Part shown: positions 1 through 12,400 of the stretch, in pieces
Layout: every line of letters starts with the position of its first letter
Position numbering within the stretch: position 1 is the first letter of the stretch
Source of the DNA: Callorhinchus milii
Lineage: Eukaryota
Length of the DNA stretch: 64,000 nucleotides
Assembly (NCBI RefSeq): GCF_018977255.1
Contig: NW_024704742.1
Location: forward strand, 97,776,001-97,840,000
Direction of reading: 5' to 3'
Position numbers and translations under genes: made by a program
The notes under the pieces: model-generated
Database searches by the model: none
What the model saw: the letters and a program-made list of their open reading frames with translations, nothing else
Told to the model about the DNA's origin: nothing

Positions 1-192
1 GCAGCGAGATTTTGGAATGTGATTTGCCTATTTATAAAACACATATTGGCAAGATCAGTAACAAAAGAGCTTCATCTGCTAGAATTAGTTTCAGAGAATC
101 AACAAGATGAGGGGGAAAAGCAATTCCGTGGGAATTAGAATCTAAATGGTATTAGTCCACAATACACTGCACAGGTCGGGGATTTAGGGATA

Positions 193-1470
193 CAACAACA
201 ACAACTCACACTTATATAGCACCCTCCATGCAGGGTAGCATCTCAGAGTGTTAACAATGGCGGAGCGTGACTCCAAACCGGGGGTAGGGGGCCGTAAACA
301 CGGTCGAACAGCAAAGTTTTCAGGTGGGACTTGAAAGAGGGGAGAGAGGGGCAAGGTGGAGGGATTGAGGGAGTGTTTCAGAGTTTTGGGCGTAGTGGTT
401 GAAACAACAACAACAAGATTCCATTTATAGAGCACCTTTCACGTCGGGAGGACGTCCCAAGGAGCTGGACAGTTGGGTCAGGAGCCGAGCAGGGGGAAAA
501 TGGTCAGGGTGAGGGGAGGGAAGGGAGGGAGCGAGGAGGGGGTAGAGAGTCGAGAGGGGAGCTGAAGGCACGGTCAAAGAGAAAGGTCTTGAGACCGGCC
601 TTGAAGGAGGAAAGGGAGGAAGCAAGGCGAAGGCACTGGGGGATGGAGTTCCAGAGCCTAGGGGCTGAGAGCCCGGCCACCGATGGTAGGGCGGTTGGGG
701 CGGGGGATGTGGAGCAGACCGGAGCCAGAGGAATGGAGGGTATGGGCAGGTAGGTAGGGCGATAGTAGGTCGGAGAGATAGGAGGGAGCAAGGCCGTGAA
801 TGGCCTTGTAGGTGAGGATGAGGATCTTGAATTCGAGCACAACCTCCGATGGTGGGGCAGAAGAAGCGAGGTACGAGCAGGAGGCCGGTGCCAGTAAAGC
901 AGAGGCGCTGGGTAGGGAATGGGGAGTGAGGAGGTCAGAGAGGTAGGGAGGTGCCAGAGAGTGAATGGATTTGAACATGAGAGTGAGGATCTTGAAGTTG
1001 ATCCATTCGGTGATGGGGAGCCAGTGGAGCCTGGCCAGAACTGGTGAAATGTGAGTACGGAGTTTTGTCCGGGTCAGTACACGGGCAGCAGAGTTTTGAA
1101 TGAGCTGGATCTTGTGAAACGTGCAGCTGGGGAGACCGGTGAGAAGTGCATTGGAGTAATCCAAACGGGAGGTGACAAACGCATGCACGAGGGTTTCGGC
1201 TACATTTGGGGTAAGGTATGGTCAGAGCTGGGCAATGTGGCGGAGGTGGAAGGGAGCTGGTCCTGGTCAGGGGCCAAATGTGAGGGAGGAAGGACAGTTG
1301 GGGGTCAAACCAGATGTGTAGATTGTACACTGGTTTGGTGAGTCTGAGGGAGAGGCCAGGGAGGTTGAGGAGTTTAGATCCGCAGGGGTGAAGACGTTGA
1401 CAGGAGCCAAGGAGTATGGCTTCTATCTTGTCCATATTCAGCTGCAGGCCTTGATATCTGCCAGACTGCC
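193..1470 (-). mobile_element. Older L2-clade LINE fragment (RT C-terminus + 3' tail), split by a younger L2 at 404-836
   Basis: ORF-track peptides QLNMDKIEAILLG and HAFVTSRLDYSNALLTGLP...IQLIQNSAARVLT...HISPVLARLHWLP; (TTG)n tail near 193-203; frameshifted. Confidence 0.85.
404..836 (-). mobile_element. Young 5'-truncated L2 (about 430 bp) nested in the older L2
   Basis: Nearly identical to 40522-40965; encodes EFKILILTYKAIHGLAPSYLSDLL; tail GGGACGTCCTCCCGACGTGAAAGG...(TTG)n. Confidence 0.9.
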
Positions 1471-1829
1471 TGCCAGAGTAAGACTGGATAAAGGAACCTG
1501 GGGCCTTTGGTGGATAGATTGCTGATCCGATCAGCACTATGAAGGGAGACATATTAGATTTTGGGGCATATCCCAGCTAACGCACAAATCACAGAACAAA
1601 ATCCTAAAGGCCTTCTTCTTCGACCATGCCAACGGTCACATTCCCTCCTCTCCCCAGCTCAATGTCAACCTCCGCTTGAGCTAAGTGCTCCAAGATGCTA
1701 ACCATGCATAAAGGGCGCTATGTAATACAAGTTGTTGGTGGTGAACTTGTACAGAGGCCTATTCCAGTCCTATCTGGACTTGGGCTATGTGCAAGTTTCC
1801 ATAATGCCCGAGGGCACTAACATCTAGGC

Positions 1830-2790
1830 TGTGGAGTCCCCTGGGGTAGTGGTTAGCGCGCACAGGACCCGGGTTCGATTGCAGGGTGGGCGAAACCTTA
1901 GGCAAATTTCCTTACTCTACACACCTTTGTTTACTAGCAGTAAGTAGGAATCTGGTTGTTAGTTGTTTGGTTGATCACTTTCAGGGATATTAATCTCTCC
2001 AAAAAAAATAATGGTCACTCGATCCATGACTGTTTGAGGGACACGCCTATGCAGAATTGGCTGCCGCATTTCACCCACAAAATACAGTCAACCCATTTTA
2101 CAATATATTTTGTGAAGCACTTTGAGGTGTCTCAATGATGTGATAAGGCACTACAACAACAACAAGATTTCATTTATAGAGCGCCTTTCACATCGGGAGG
2201 ACGTCCCAAGGCACTGGACAGTTAGGTCAGGACCCGAGCAGGGGGGAAATGGTCAGGGTGAGGGGAGGGAAGGGAGGGAGCGAGGAGGGGGTAGAGAGTC
2301 GAGAGGGGAGCTGAAGGCACGGTCAAAGAGAAAGGTCTTGAGACCGGCCTTGAAGGAGGAAAGGGAGGAAGCAAGGTGAAGGCACCGGAGTATGGAGTTC
2401 CAGAGCCTGGGGGCTGAGAGGCTGAAGGCCCGGCCACCGATGGTAGGGCGGTTGGGGCGGGGGATGTGGAGCAGACCGGAGCCAGAGGAACGGAGGGTAC
2501 GGGCAGGTAAGTAGGGGGATAGTAGGTGGGAGAGGTAAGAGGGAGCAAGGCCATGTATGAGGATGAGGATCTTGAATTCGATCCTCTGGGGGATGGGGAG
2601 CCAGTGGAGGCGAGCGAGGGTGGGAGTGATGTGGTCCCGAAGCCTGGTGCGGGACAGTACACGAGCTGCAGAGTTCTGAATGACCTACAGCTTGTGGAGG
2701 GAGGTGCCGGGGAGGCCGGCGAAGAGAGAGTTCCCATAGTCCAGCCTTGAGGTGATAAAAGACTACATCAAATGCAAGAATTATTATTTT
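1830..2790 (+). mobile_element. Long-form tRNA-SINE (1830-2155 and 2762-2790), tail interrupted by an L2
   Basis: GTGGAGTCC...GTGGTTAG A-box, GGTTCGATT B-box, GGCAAATTTCCTTACTC, Deu-like AATTGGCTGCCGC; tail resumes as ATCAAATGCAAGAATTATTAT at 2767. Confidence 0.8.
2156..2761 (-). mobile_element. Young 5'-truncated L2
   Basis: Same 3' region and tail as 404-836; extends to the (A)FITSRLDY codons; ACTACA duplicated at 2150-2155 and 2762-2767. Confidence 0.88.
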
Positions 2791-3604
2791 TAACTGAAGT
2801 ACTGTGTAGAATTCTGTTTATCATATTATTGTAGTGGAATCTTGGCATTGGCAAGGGTAAAGCAAGCACAACCCCATGTATAATTTCTTCCCAGTTCATG
2901 AGCTATCTGCTCCGAGGCAGAGTATATTCCTACACAAATGTCCACTATTGCTCTTCCAGTTGGCTACCAGGAGGAACAGGGCAGCACTTCCACAGCAAAA
3001 AGGTGGGAAATGTAACTGGGCATTTGTACTTTTGATGTGCTGTCCCACTGTACGCATTTTAAAGCTGTTCTTTTTTTTAATTTCCACTAAGTTTGAACCA
3101 AACAAAGCTCTTCCCTCCTTTTTTCATCAACTCCTCCCCCCCCAAACACGCTATCCCCTTTAAGTACCAGTTTACAGTTTCTAAGCCAGCTCTGATGCAC
3201 TGCCAACATTTGTAAAGTAGCTTTACCAAAGCTGTGGGAACTCCAAAAGAAGGGCACAGTGTGGAGGGGGTGAACAAGGCTGCGATTCAATCCAGAAGCT
3301 CCAATCACATCACAAGCCACAAGAGCACAGTTCAAGCAGTTTAAGAATATCAGCAGGAGGTGGAGGCTGAAATACAACTTTAAAGTCACTCCACAGCAGC
3401 TCCTATTTTATGCACACAATATATACATTCCACAGGAGCTGAGCATTTCTCTGTTGTGTTAAGAGGAGCACAAAAACTACAACTGAGAGAAACACATTGT
3501 AGGCCAAGCCTTCAGTCTGATTTCTGAGGTGGTCTTATTACCAAGGCTCAACACTCGTGGCTTGCCCAGGTTCCAAGAATAGTACTGGCAGCTACTGGAG
3601 CACT

Positions 3605-3975
3605 TGAGGTAAGGAAGAATTTGCATTTTTATAGCATGTTATCACCTCAATACGTCTCAAAGCACTTCCAGGAATTGCTCTCAAGTGTAGTGACTATTTT
3701 GTAGGCAAAAGCAGCAGCAGTTTGCTCCACAAAGAGCCCCAAAACAACCATGGGGTAAATGATCTATTAAACTGGAGCAATGCTGGCCAGGGCACTAAAA
3801 GAAACACCCTTTTGTTTTCAAGTAGTGTCACAGGTTCCTTAACTTCCACCTGAACAGCCAAATGTGAGCTTAGTTTAACACCACAATTCGAAAGAGTAGT
3901 GCTTTGCCAATACCGCATTGGAGTGTCAGCCTCGACTACGAGTTCAAGATATGAAGTAGTTTTAACACAAGCTTG
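3605..3975 (-). mobile_element. Old Deu-domain SINE relic
   Basis: Reverse complement shows GCTGACACTCCAATGC, TTCAGGTGGAAGTTAA, CCCTGGCCAGCA, TTTGTGGAGCAAACTGCTGC and an ATAAAAATGCAA tail; similar to 34270-34665. Confidence 0.6.
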
Positions 3976-4105
3976 TCTCTTCCAAATCTTGGCCCTCATC
4001 CAGTATACGTGTTCCCCCTTGCTGCTCTCAAGGCGAGTAATGCAGAGAACACCAATGAGAGGCAGAGCTATCATAGAAAATGCATAGTGGTTCAATGATT
4101 CTATA

Positions 4106-4225
4106 AGTTTGCAGGGCTATGGGGAGAGAGCGGGGGAGTGAGATTGAATTGAATAGCTCTTTTCAAAGAGCTAGCACAGATACGATGGGCCGAATGGCCT
4201 CCTTCTGTGCTGTATAATTCTATGG
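4106..4225 (+). mobile_element. CR1-clade LINE 3' end fragment
   Basis: GGGCTATGGGGAGAGAGCGGG...GATGGGCCGAATGGCCTCCTTCTGTGCTGTATAATTCTATG; shares GGGCCGAATGGCCT with the CR1 3' UTR at about 57137. Confidence 0.75.
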
Positions 4226-5989
4226 TGTGGGGAGCGAGGAAGTAGAAGTCAGGAGAAGACAAGCTCTTTTGAATTTCCGGAAGAGTTAGAGGAAGTTCTA
4301 CTCTGCATTAACCAGACCTAAATGGATGGTAAAGAAATTGGGTTTTTGAAATAAAGAGGTGCGATTCTCCAGCACAAACATCTCATAACTTAATGAACAA
4401 GAAAATCTGTAAATTCCAGAGACCACACTCCTCAAAGTCACCAAAGTAACTGTAGCTCTGTGTCTTACAGAGTTACTATGTGTTGAAGGGCTTAGAAATT
4501 CAGTGTCCATAAACTGTTGTATCTAGTTCAATTTTTACTGTCTCAGTCAAGCTACAGTTAAAAAGGTGATGATCGCTGTAATATTATACAAACATCTGGA
4601 TATTTGAAGGAAGAAAGGTCAGCTTCTAAAAATGTAAAACCAAACTAGTCACAGGCTTCAAACAGCCAATATTATAATGGCCCAGTTTACAGACGGTTCA
4701 GTCCAGAGAGGATAAACAAATGTTCAGCCGGCAGCCACTCCAATCAGTTTGGAACTAGCTGACCAAGAGAGGAAAATAGTCTAGCCAAGAGACGAGGGAG
4801 AATAATTAATATCATATTTCAGCTCAACAAGGTGATGTCATCAGTGTGATCTTTTGGATTCTGAAAGGCATGTCTGGCATAACATTGCACTGATATTACC
4901 AGCGTTACATCATTGCGACTGGCTGTGTGCACAAACAATTCAATTGCCAGGAATTGCTTATAGAGTCCATCTCTCTGAGCCAGCCAGTCACAGAAAAGGC
5001 ATTAAATTGGCATACTCATTCCATCCACCCTCCCCATCAACAACTCAGGTCACACACAGTCCAATCTGCATTAAGACAGTCCTAATCTCCAGTGCCCGTC
5101 ACTGCCAGCACCATGGTAACTCCACTAATTCATGTATAAAATTCTCTTTAAAATAAAGACAGCTGCATTAACACACATTTTGCTCAAGTTTAAACAACTT
5201 CTTTTTTCAAACCCTTAAAAGCTAAAGCAAACATGATAAATGTAATGCCTTTTCAGTACAGCATCTCTGAATGACATTGTGTAATAAATAAGGGAGATGT
5301 ATGAGCCTATTTAGCAAATTTGGCCCAATTTACCTGTTAGATTGGCCTTATGCCCAGCTAAACAAATGAACTACACAGGTCTTTGCTTGATAACAACCCA
5401 AAGCACTGAAGCAAAAATGATTCATTAGCATACCAGGCAGCTCGCAGTACGCTTGGAGTAAGACTATTTACAGCTTTTTCGGCATGCAGAAAAGTATGGG
5501 AATACTCCCATCAATCAAAAGGAGAGTGTTCAGCTGACAGTGCACCATGGAACTATGCTTCCTCAGTAGTAACACCTCAATACCGCTGTGAAGCAAGTCG
5601 TTTAATGTGTTGTCCTTCAAGTTTTCTTTGATAGTTTCTTTTAGCACGCAATAGATTCTTTTCTTGTGGGACGAGAAAAGGAAGCCCTCAGATGAACAGG
5701 CCAATGCTGTGATTGATTGCTACACCGTAATGATAGGTTAACATCATCAGCAAACTGATTGGGAATGTTCCCAGATATTACCAACGCATAGCACTATCAA
5801 TTCACATTTCTGTACAATATGAATATGGATATAATGTGGTTGCAGTGTAGATTCCGTTCACTCTGATGCAAACAGCTGACACTCTTGCTTGCCACGTAAC
5901 AATTGTTTTTTGCAGTAAAATAACCAACTTCTGGATCACCAATGTTACTCTCTGCAGGCGATTTTCACAGTACAGTGGGCAGAGGGATG

Positions 5990-6385
5990 AAGTTAGCCGG
6001 CCTCATGCCCATGCGGTGAAACCACCAATCGCTCGTCATCCTCACCTTTAAATCCTTGCATGCCATTCCCTAACCCTACCTCTTTTACATCCTCAAACTG
6101 TACTGTCCAGGTCACTCTCTTTGCTCAGTGGGCACTGGCCTACTTCCTTTCCCCACTCTACCTACTCCATCCTAGAGTTTCTCCAACCTGCTCCCTCCCT
6201 CACTTCTTTTAACGTCAACGACCTCAAGACCTATCTCTTTGACCGTGCCTTCAGACACCTTTCTCCTCCCCAACCCCTGTAGGCTCCCACCCCCAGCTCA
6301 AGTACCCAGCCAGAAATGTTAAGCAGCTTGGGACGTCCTGCTGATGTAAAAGGTGTTACATAAATGTAAACTGTATTGTATTTTT
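5990..6385 (+). mobile_element. Diverged L2 3' fragment
   Basis: CTCATCCTCACCTTTAAATCC...CTCAAGACCTATCTCTTTGACCGTGCCTTCAG...TTGGGACGTCC...TGTAAAAGGTG tail. Confidence 0.7.
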
Positions 6386-6970
6386 GTTGGATCACACCGA
6401 GGGATTTATTCGATCCTAACCACTGGGTTTGAACAGGGCTCCACTGTATTTAGTTCTTAATTCTTAAATTGTACTGCAGTAAAACTGCTGTGTTATAAAT
6501 GGTAGTTGGAGGTCCAAAATATCCCAAGCATCATTATAACTGGGTGTGATTGCCTGTCATAATGTGCGCACTGACTACACAGGAAGTGGCGTTGGTAACT
6601 ATTTGAAATTGGCTGTTGTGGTTTCCCACGTATCAGCCTGCATGTTAAAGCCCTGTTGGAGCCAGGGCACATATTTGGGGATGCTTTTGGTAAGTAAATG
6701 CTGTGGTCCACACCCCAAATTGTGCTAAAAGCGAACCCACATGATCATGAAGTGAGTTACACTCGGGTTCTAATGTACTAATAAAAGGGATATAGGAATC
6801 TGGAAAAATCCATCCAAATAAGACAGAAGCTGCATTATAAAAAATAATTGATGGTTTCAAGATAAGGATAACATTTCTATCATTAAGTTAATTCATTAAG
6901 TCCATTTTCATTAATTTTACAGAAGTAGCATTTGATCAACATCTCTTTGAAATGAAGGATTAAAGCTTAC

Positions 6971-7071
6971 TTTGCTTCCAGTGCCAGTGCTATGATCCCA
7001 GCAGCCATTGGTGCTGAGGCTGAGGTTCCTGTGTGGCTGTCTGTACAACGCTGCCTGAGGTCAGTTGTGAT
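6971..7071 (-). CDS. PCSK5: PCSK5 exon 9 (catalytic Ser)
   Basis: tttcag|ATC ACA ACT...GAA GCA AA|gtaagc; 101 nt, [33 protein letters not shown](N). Not present in the ORF track. Confidence 0.96.
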
Positions 7072-8697
7072 CTGAAACAAATTGGCCAAAATAATTAACT
7101 TAAGTCACTGTCCATTACATTTCCATTTTAAACCTACAAACACAGAATGTCAAGTGTGCCAACACAAGTATAGTAATAGGTTCGGTGTTGGCATGACAAT
7201 AAATGCTCCTAAACCTTTAAAAGGCAACTCTTGGTTAAGGTGGCCTAAAAATTGACCAATTTTCTGATAAGATTAGAGCCGTCTAATATATAGCCAGAAA
7301 CTAAAATCAGGCAGGTCCGCAATACTTCAACGCACGGCTGATGGCAGACCAGCCAGCCTTGCTCATTGACAGGACATTGACATTGGAGGTGCAGATGTTC
7401 ACGAAAAGCAGAAATTTCTCCCACTCCGCTCCTGTTAGCCTTGCAAGCGAAAGCCCTAAAAAAAAAGTTGGGTGGTCTTAGCTGAATAAGCAGCTAAGGA
7501 AACTTGCCAGACAGTGTACTCAAGCTATGGGGTTTTAGTTTGCCAGCAGTAAACTCCAGCAGTGGTAACGCACACTGGGTCCGTACATTTAGGGAGAGGG
7601 TGTGCATTCCATTTCAAACAAAGGAATTTCCAGGTATAGATAGCAGACATGGAACTCAGTCTGGTTTGGATACTCATAAGTGTGTGATGGATTTCCACAT
7701 GTGGCAGACACTCGGCTGACCAAAACAAATCTAATAAAGAAAAACAATATCTGGGTATCACTTGGCAAACCAAAAATGTATACCCTTTTGTCTTTTACTT
7801 TCCCATATTCCCTGAGCCCTAATCAATGAATGGTCATGGTAGGAAACTACAACAGGATCAAAAGTATCGAAAGCCAACTGATTAACCTGGTCTTAGCTTA
7901 ACCACCATAATAACCCATGATTTATTACGGTTGAGGTGTAGAGTGTTTTAGTCCTCAATGGGATAAAACTTTTGCAGTTTGAAAAAGTTGTAGAAAAAAG
8001 TTTTATGCGAGTATGGTTACTGTCTGCTCCTCTCTGGCAGTCTCAATTAATTATTCTAGGACACATTTTTTTAAATTAAAGTTTCAAGCTGCTATTACCG
8101 ATTTAGGGCAGAGAGAAAGAAACAAGGCAACATTTGTAAGAGATTTATCTAGGTTTCTAAATACAAAAATTAGACAACGACTGGGTTGACATTTCTAAAA
8201 ATGTTCACAAATACCAACCAGCAAAACCTTTGATTACAGTAGGACCCATTTATATTTGCCCCCAAATCACCAACCAACACCCCAATTTTATTCAGACTTC
8301 TTACAAGCTTATGGAAGATTCCACATTTACTCAAGCGCCATAGCACTCTGCAATTTCGATTGCTATTCCAACACTTTGTATGGTGTAAGCCCCCTGTTCC
8401 TTAATGTGTAAGGTCACACCTGTTAAAAGTGTTGGCTGTGGTATGCAAGTACAATGTGCATTACTTTCTCTGAAGCTAGACATGAGCCATGTTACAAATT
8501 GTCCAGAGGTAGGAGATGGTTCTCTCAGTCTCTAGCATAGCTTTGTGTTGCTGCTATGGTTACTGCTGCCTATGGAGGTTGAGCTGGTTCTCGTCACCTT
8601 ACAATCTACTACCTTACAGCATGGCCATTATTGTTAGTGTTGTGGATCTGTAATGTAAATGTAAAGTTATTCATAAACGTGTGAGAAAAAGCTTTAC

Positions 8698-9030
8698 AAT
8701 AATAATAATAATAATAATAATCCTTGCATTTGATATAGCGCCTTTCACGTCGGGAGGACGTCCCAAAGCGCTTCACAGAACACACTGTAAAGTGAATTGA
8801 CTGTATATTTGTGGGCGAACGCGGCAGCCAATTGCGCACAGCAATGTCCCACAAACAGTCGTAGATTGAAAATCTACAATAATTTTTATTATTTTTTTTT
8901 TTTTGGAGGGATTATTATTAGGCGTGTGGAGTAAGGAAACTTGCCCAAGGTTTCGCCCTGCCTGGAATTGAACTCAGGTCTCTCGCTTGCAAAGCGAGTG
9001 CTCTAACCACTGAGCTACAGGACTCCACAA
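8698..9030 (-). mobile_element. Young short-form tRNA(Ala-like)-SINE with partial Deu domain and L2-type tail
   Basis: Head TTGTGGAGTCCTGTAGCTCAGTGGTTAGAGCACTCGC-TTTGCAA-GCGAG...GAGTTCAATTCC; body CTGTTTGTGGGACATTGCTGTGCGCAATTGGCTGCCGCGTT; tail with CTCCC loop and (TTA)n. Near-identical to 15827, 38626 and 49082 copies. Confidence 0.92.
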
Positions 9031-10094
9031 ATAGAATTCGATTTACATATTAGACCAAATGCAATTTGAATTACCTAATATGTTCCTCACAAAGCTCTTT
9101 TGATTGTATATTTCAAGTCTGTTGTGTTAGCATAATGCAGCCTCTGGACACATCTGTTCACACACATTAATGTGATCCCCAGTGTGATGGTGAAGAGAAG
9201 CTGCCCTATGAGAATCTTATGATTCAGGTACTTTATACAAGATATTTTGCAACACATCACAATAGCAAGCATATGGCTAAGGCTTCATACTGTGCTTAGG
9301 AAGTATGATGTTCCAAGTGAACCTCAGTAAATTACCATCTCTAGGACAGAGTCTGTTCTCACTGAGATGTGTGCTACCAACCAAGTCGGATATTTGTCAG
9401 TGCAGAGAGGATTACACAGATCACATTCATTAGTAAAAACCTGCTGGGCTCATCACAAATGGTTCTTACTTAGGTTCCACCATGTTGCTATGTTAAGATT
9501 ATGAAGCAAAATTGTTCTAAGGCCACTCATTTGGTTTTAAAAACAAAGCACATGTGTAAACTCAGCCTCATCAGAAGGATAAAATTGTGGTCCTTGAAGA
9601 TGGGTGGGCTTTCAAGACAACGACAGAGTGTATGGGTGACAAATGTGCTCACTTCTCAAGTGGTCTAATAGTTGAGTCGACACCTCAGGCCAAGGTTAAG
9701 ATACTCAACGAATATCCTACTCTACCTTACGCGAGACTTGGAGATGTCAATAGCTCTGACATATGTCTTTTGGAGCTAGTTCAGTGGCAGATAAACCCCA
9801 CACAACCTTCACCCAGAAGATAAATTTAGTTTTTTTCACATATCAACCTTGATTAGGTAAAGGACTAAGTGGACCTACAGGAATTCAAACCATTAACCTA
9901 ATGATTCCATAACGGGTGCTCAACTGATTGAGCTACTCATGAGGTTTCGATACTGAAGGCCATTCTGTCCATCCCTAAAGGTGACCTACAAAAAGTTACA
10001 AGTTGAAAGCAGAAACTCAGATTCTCTCAGCCATAACCTTATTCGGATGGGGAGGGGTGAAAAGAAGAGGAAAGGGGAGAGAGAAAGTACTCAC

Positions 10095-10307
10095 TATTTT
10101 CCGATCGTAAGACTCTCCACTGCTGTAGGTAGTTGCGAGGGTGGATGCGCACTCCTCCAGGTACCAGGGTTTCTTGCCGCTCTCTGCTGTGCTGCTGATT
10201 GAGATGGTGTAGATGCTGTTGGTGTAGCCATCACAGGAGCAATGGTCTCGGCTACGGCCACCATTACCAGACGCCCAAACGTAGATAGAACCCAAACCCC
10301 TTCGGCC
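10095..10307 (-). CDS. PCSK5: PCSK5 exon 8 (oxyanion-hole Asn)
   Basis: ctcatag|GGC CGA AGG...AAA ATA|gtgagt; 213 nt, [71 protein letters not shown]. Confidence 0.97.
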
Positions 10308-10486
10308 CTATGAGAAAATAAACCAAAATACTGTAACAACCAAGTCCTCTTTTTCATTTTTCCATAGGTTTTGAATAGTCAATAAAACAAATACACAAAG
10401 TCACTTATGCAAACTATATAAAATCCAGATCTCATTTCCCTTGTCCTGTGAATTCCAAAAGCACAAACGCACACATATATATATAT

Positions 10487-10597
10487 GTTGCGAGGGTGAA
10501 TGAGCACTCCTCAGGTATCAGGGTTTCTTGCCGCTCTCTGTTGTGCTGCTGATTGAGATGGTGTAGATGCTGTTGATGTAGCCATCACAGGAGCAAT
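10487..10597 (-). pseudogene. Decayed partial duplicate of PCSK5 exon 8 (internal 112-nt segment) in intron 7
   Basis: Direct repeat of 10132-10243 with 5 substitutions and a 1-nt deletion, including TGG>TGA; flanked by (TA)n; no native splice sites. Confidence 0.93.
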
Positions 10598-11295
10598 ATA
10601 TATATATATGTGTGTGTGTGTGTGTATTTGGTGGTCTTCATTTGGTTTATCCCTGGAAAGCAAACAGAAGGATTGAGGGTGGGGAGGTGATGGGAGAGAG
10701 GGTGGTCTAGAAGGTACAACAAAAAGCGGGCAGATCATATTGATTGATGGCCAGTGTCAGATCATCTTCATTGAGGGGTTATTTTTTAGAATTAACCAGT
10801 GTATTGGATCAGTAAGATTTAAAAAAAACATAAATCACTCTGCTCCCCCATTGCCAGGAGGTTTCTAATGCCATTCTTCAAACAGCTACAAGAGAGTGCA
10901 CAATACAACAGAGTGACCATTCTCTACCCACCCCCCACGCACACACATACACACTCACTCTTCCCCCACCCAGCTTAAGGAAAATCCCTGGCTGCGTGAG
11001 ATCTCAGTGGAGTACGGGAACTGAGAATGCCCCTCCAAACCATTAAATGGATGGTGGTGTGCTAACATATTGCCTTACCCACTTCCTGTGTTACCACAAC
11101 TCACCTGTACACAATAATAAATGATGGGGCAATCTACCTGCTATATTGACCTTATAATTGCAAACAGTCCCATTTTCAAACATGGCCACATCCACTAACA
11201 GATCGGTGCCATCTCAGGGGAAGCTGATCACTCTTGGGGATAGGTTGTGACAGGCACTTCCACCAAATTAAATCTCTCAAAGGTTTTGTTTTCTT

Positions 11296-11385
11296 ATAAT
11301 AATCCTTGCATTTGATATTGCATCTTATCATGTCTTTTGAGCACTTCATAGAATATACTGTAAAGTGAATTGACTGTATATTTTC
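11296..11385 (-). mobile_element. 3' fragment of the tRNA-SINE family
   Basis: AATAATCCTTGCATTTGATA...TACTGTAAAGTGAATTGACTGTATATTT. Similar fragments at about 14620-14725, 14780-14880(+), 29390-29510 and 48760-48872. Confidence 0.8.
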
Positions 11386-12074
11386 TTGGTTATAAAGGCA
11401 TGGTAGAACATTGTTGAAGACAATGTCTTTGAAAACATTCAAGTTGAAGATTGAATGCTGAAAGTTGTTTATCGTTTCTACAGAGGGAAAGAGCTCAAAG
11501 ACACACAATTGATAAGATTCCTTTAGTTCTTAAAGATCTTTTTTGTCATCCTAACTTTGGTCAAATTCCCACAGCAACTAATTTCTGAAGGTTACAGGCA
11601 CAAAGCAAAAGGAAATCTGGTTTGAAGAGACGGGTGGGTGTGGGGGGAGGGGGTAGAATCAATGCTGCTAAAGCTACCTTTTTGACAATAAAATTACTTG
11701 GAACAAACGCATGTGGATAATGCAAGTGATATCTAGTGCAGTAGGTGGTCACGTTTCTGACTCTGGTTTAAGGTTGAATTGACATGACAGTGTAGAAGTG
11801 CAAGTACTCTCCATGCTCCTTAGCTTCTGTGACAGAAAAGCATTCGAGGCTGTCAAGCTGTGAAATGCTGTAGTTGCCCCAATACTGTCAAGACGTCAAC
11901 CCAGAAAGCACCAAAAAAAACATTCCCTGTCAGCAAGGCTACTCAAGTTAGAAGTCTATAGCCTTGGCTAAACTGGAACAGCGAAGTGCCCTTCATGCCA
12001 ATTTAGAGCAGATGGCCCTCCATTAGCTTAACTATGCATCAGCCACCTTGCCTAACATGCATGTCCAATGTCAC

Positions 12075-12400
12075 AACAACAACAAAATTACATTTTCATG
12101 TCGGGAGGACGTCCCAAGAGACTGGAAAGTCAGGGGTCAGGACCCGAACATAGGGGAGGGGTAGGGTATGGGTGAGGGAAGGCAAAGAGGTGGGAGGACG
12201 ACCAAAGGCATGATCGAAGAGGAGGGTCTTGAGACCGGCCTCCAAGGAGGCAAGGGAGGAAGCGAGGCGAAGGGACTGTGGGATGGAGTTCCAGAGTGTG
12301 GGGGCAGAGAGGCTGAAAGCCCGGCCACTGATGGTAAGGCAAGTCAGGTGGGAGACATGGAGCAGGCCGGAGCCCATTGAATGGAGGGAGCGGGCAGGTC
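12075..12400 (-). mobile_element. L2 3' fragment
   Basis: ORF 12096..12377 GRAFSLSAPTLWNSIPQSLRLASSL...GLKTLLFDHAF; CTCCC-loop tail; (TTG)n. Confidence 0.88.

Noticed and set aside
658..1188. 176-aa RT-like ORF as a real gene
   Set aside because: Chance in-frame fusion of an old L2 and a nested younger L2; the FKIL...LAP.YLSDLL segment appears twice.
10487..10597. Mutually exclusive alternative exon 8
   Set aside because: Internal fragment only, lacks the native splice sites, and carries a stop codon and frameshift.
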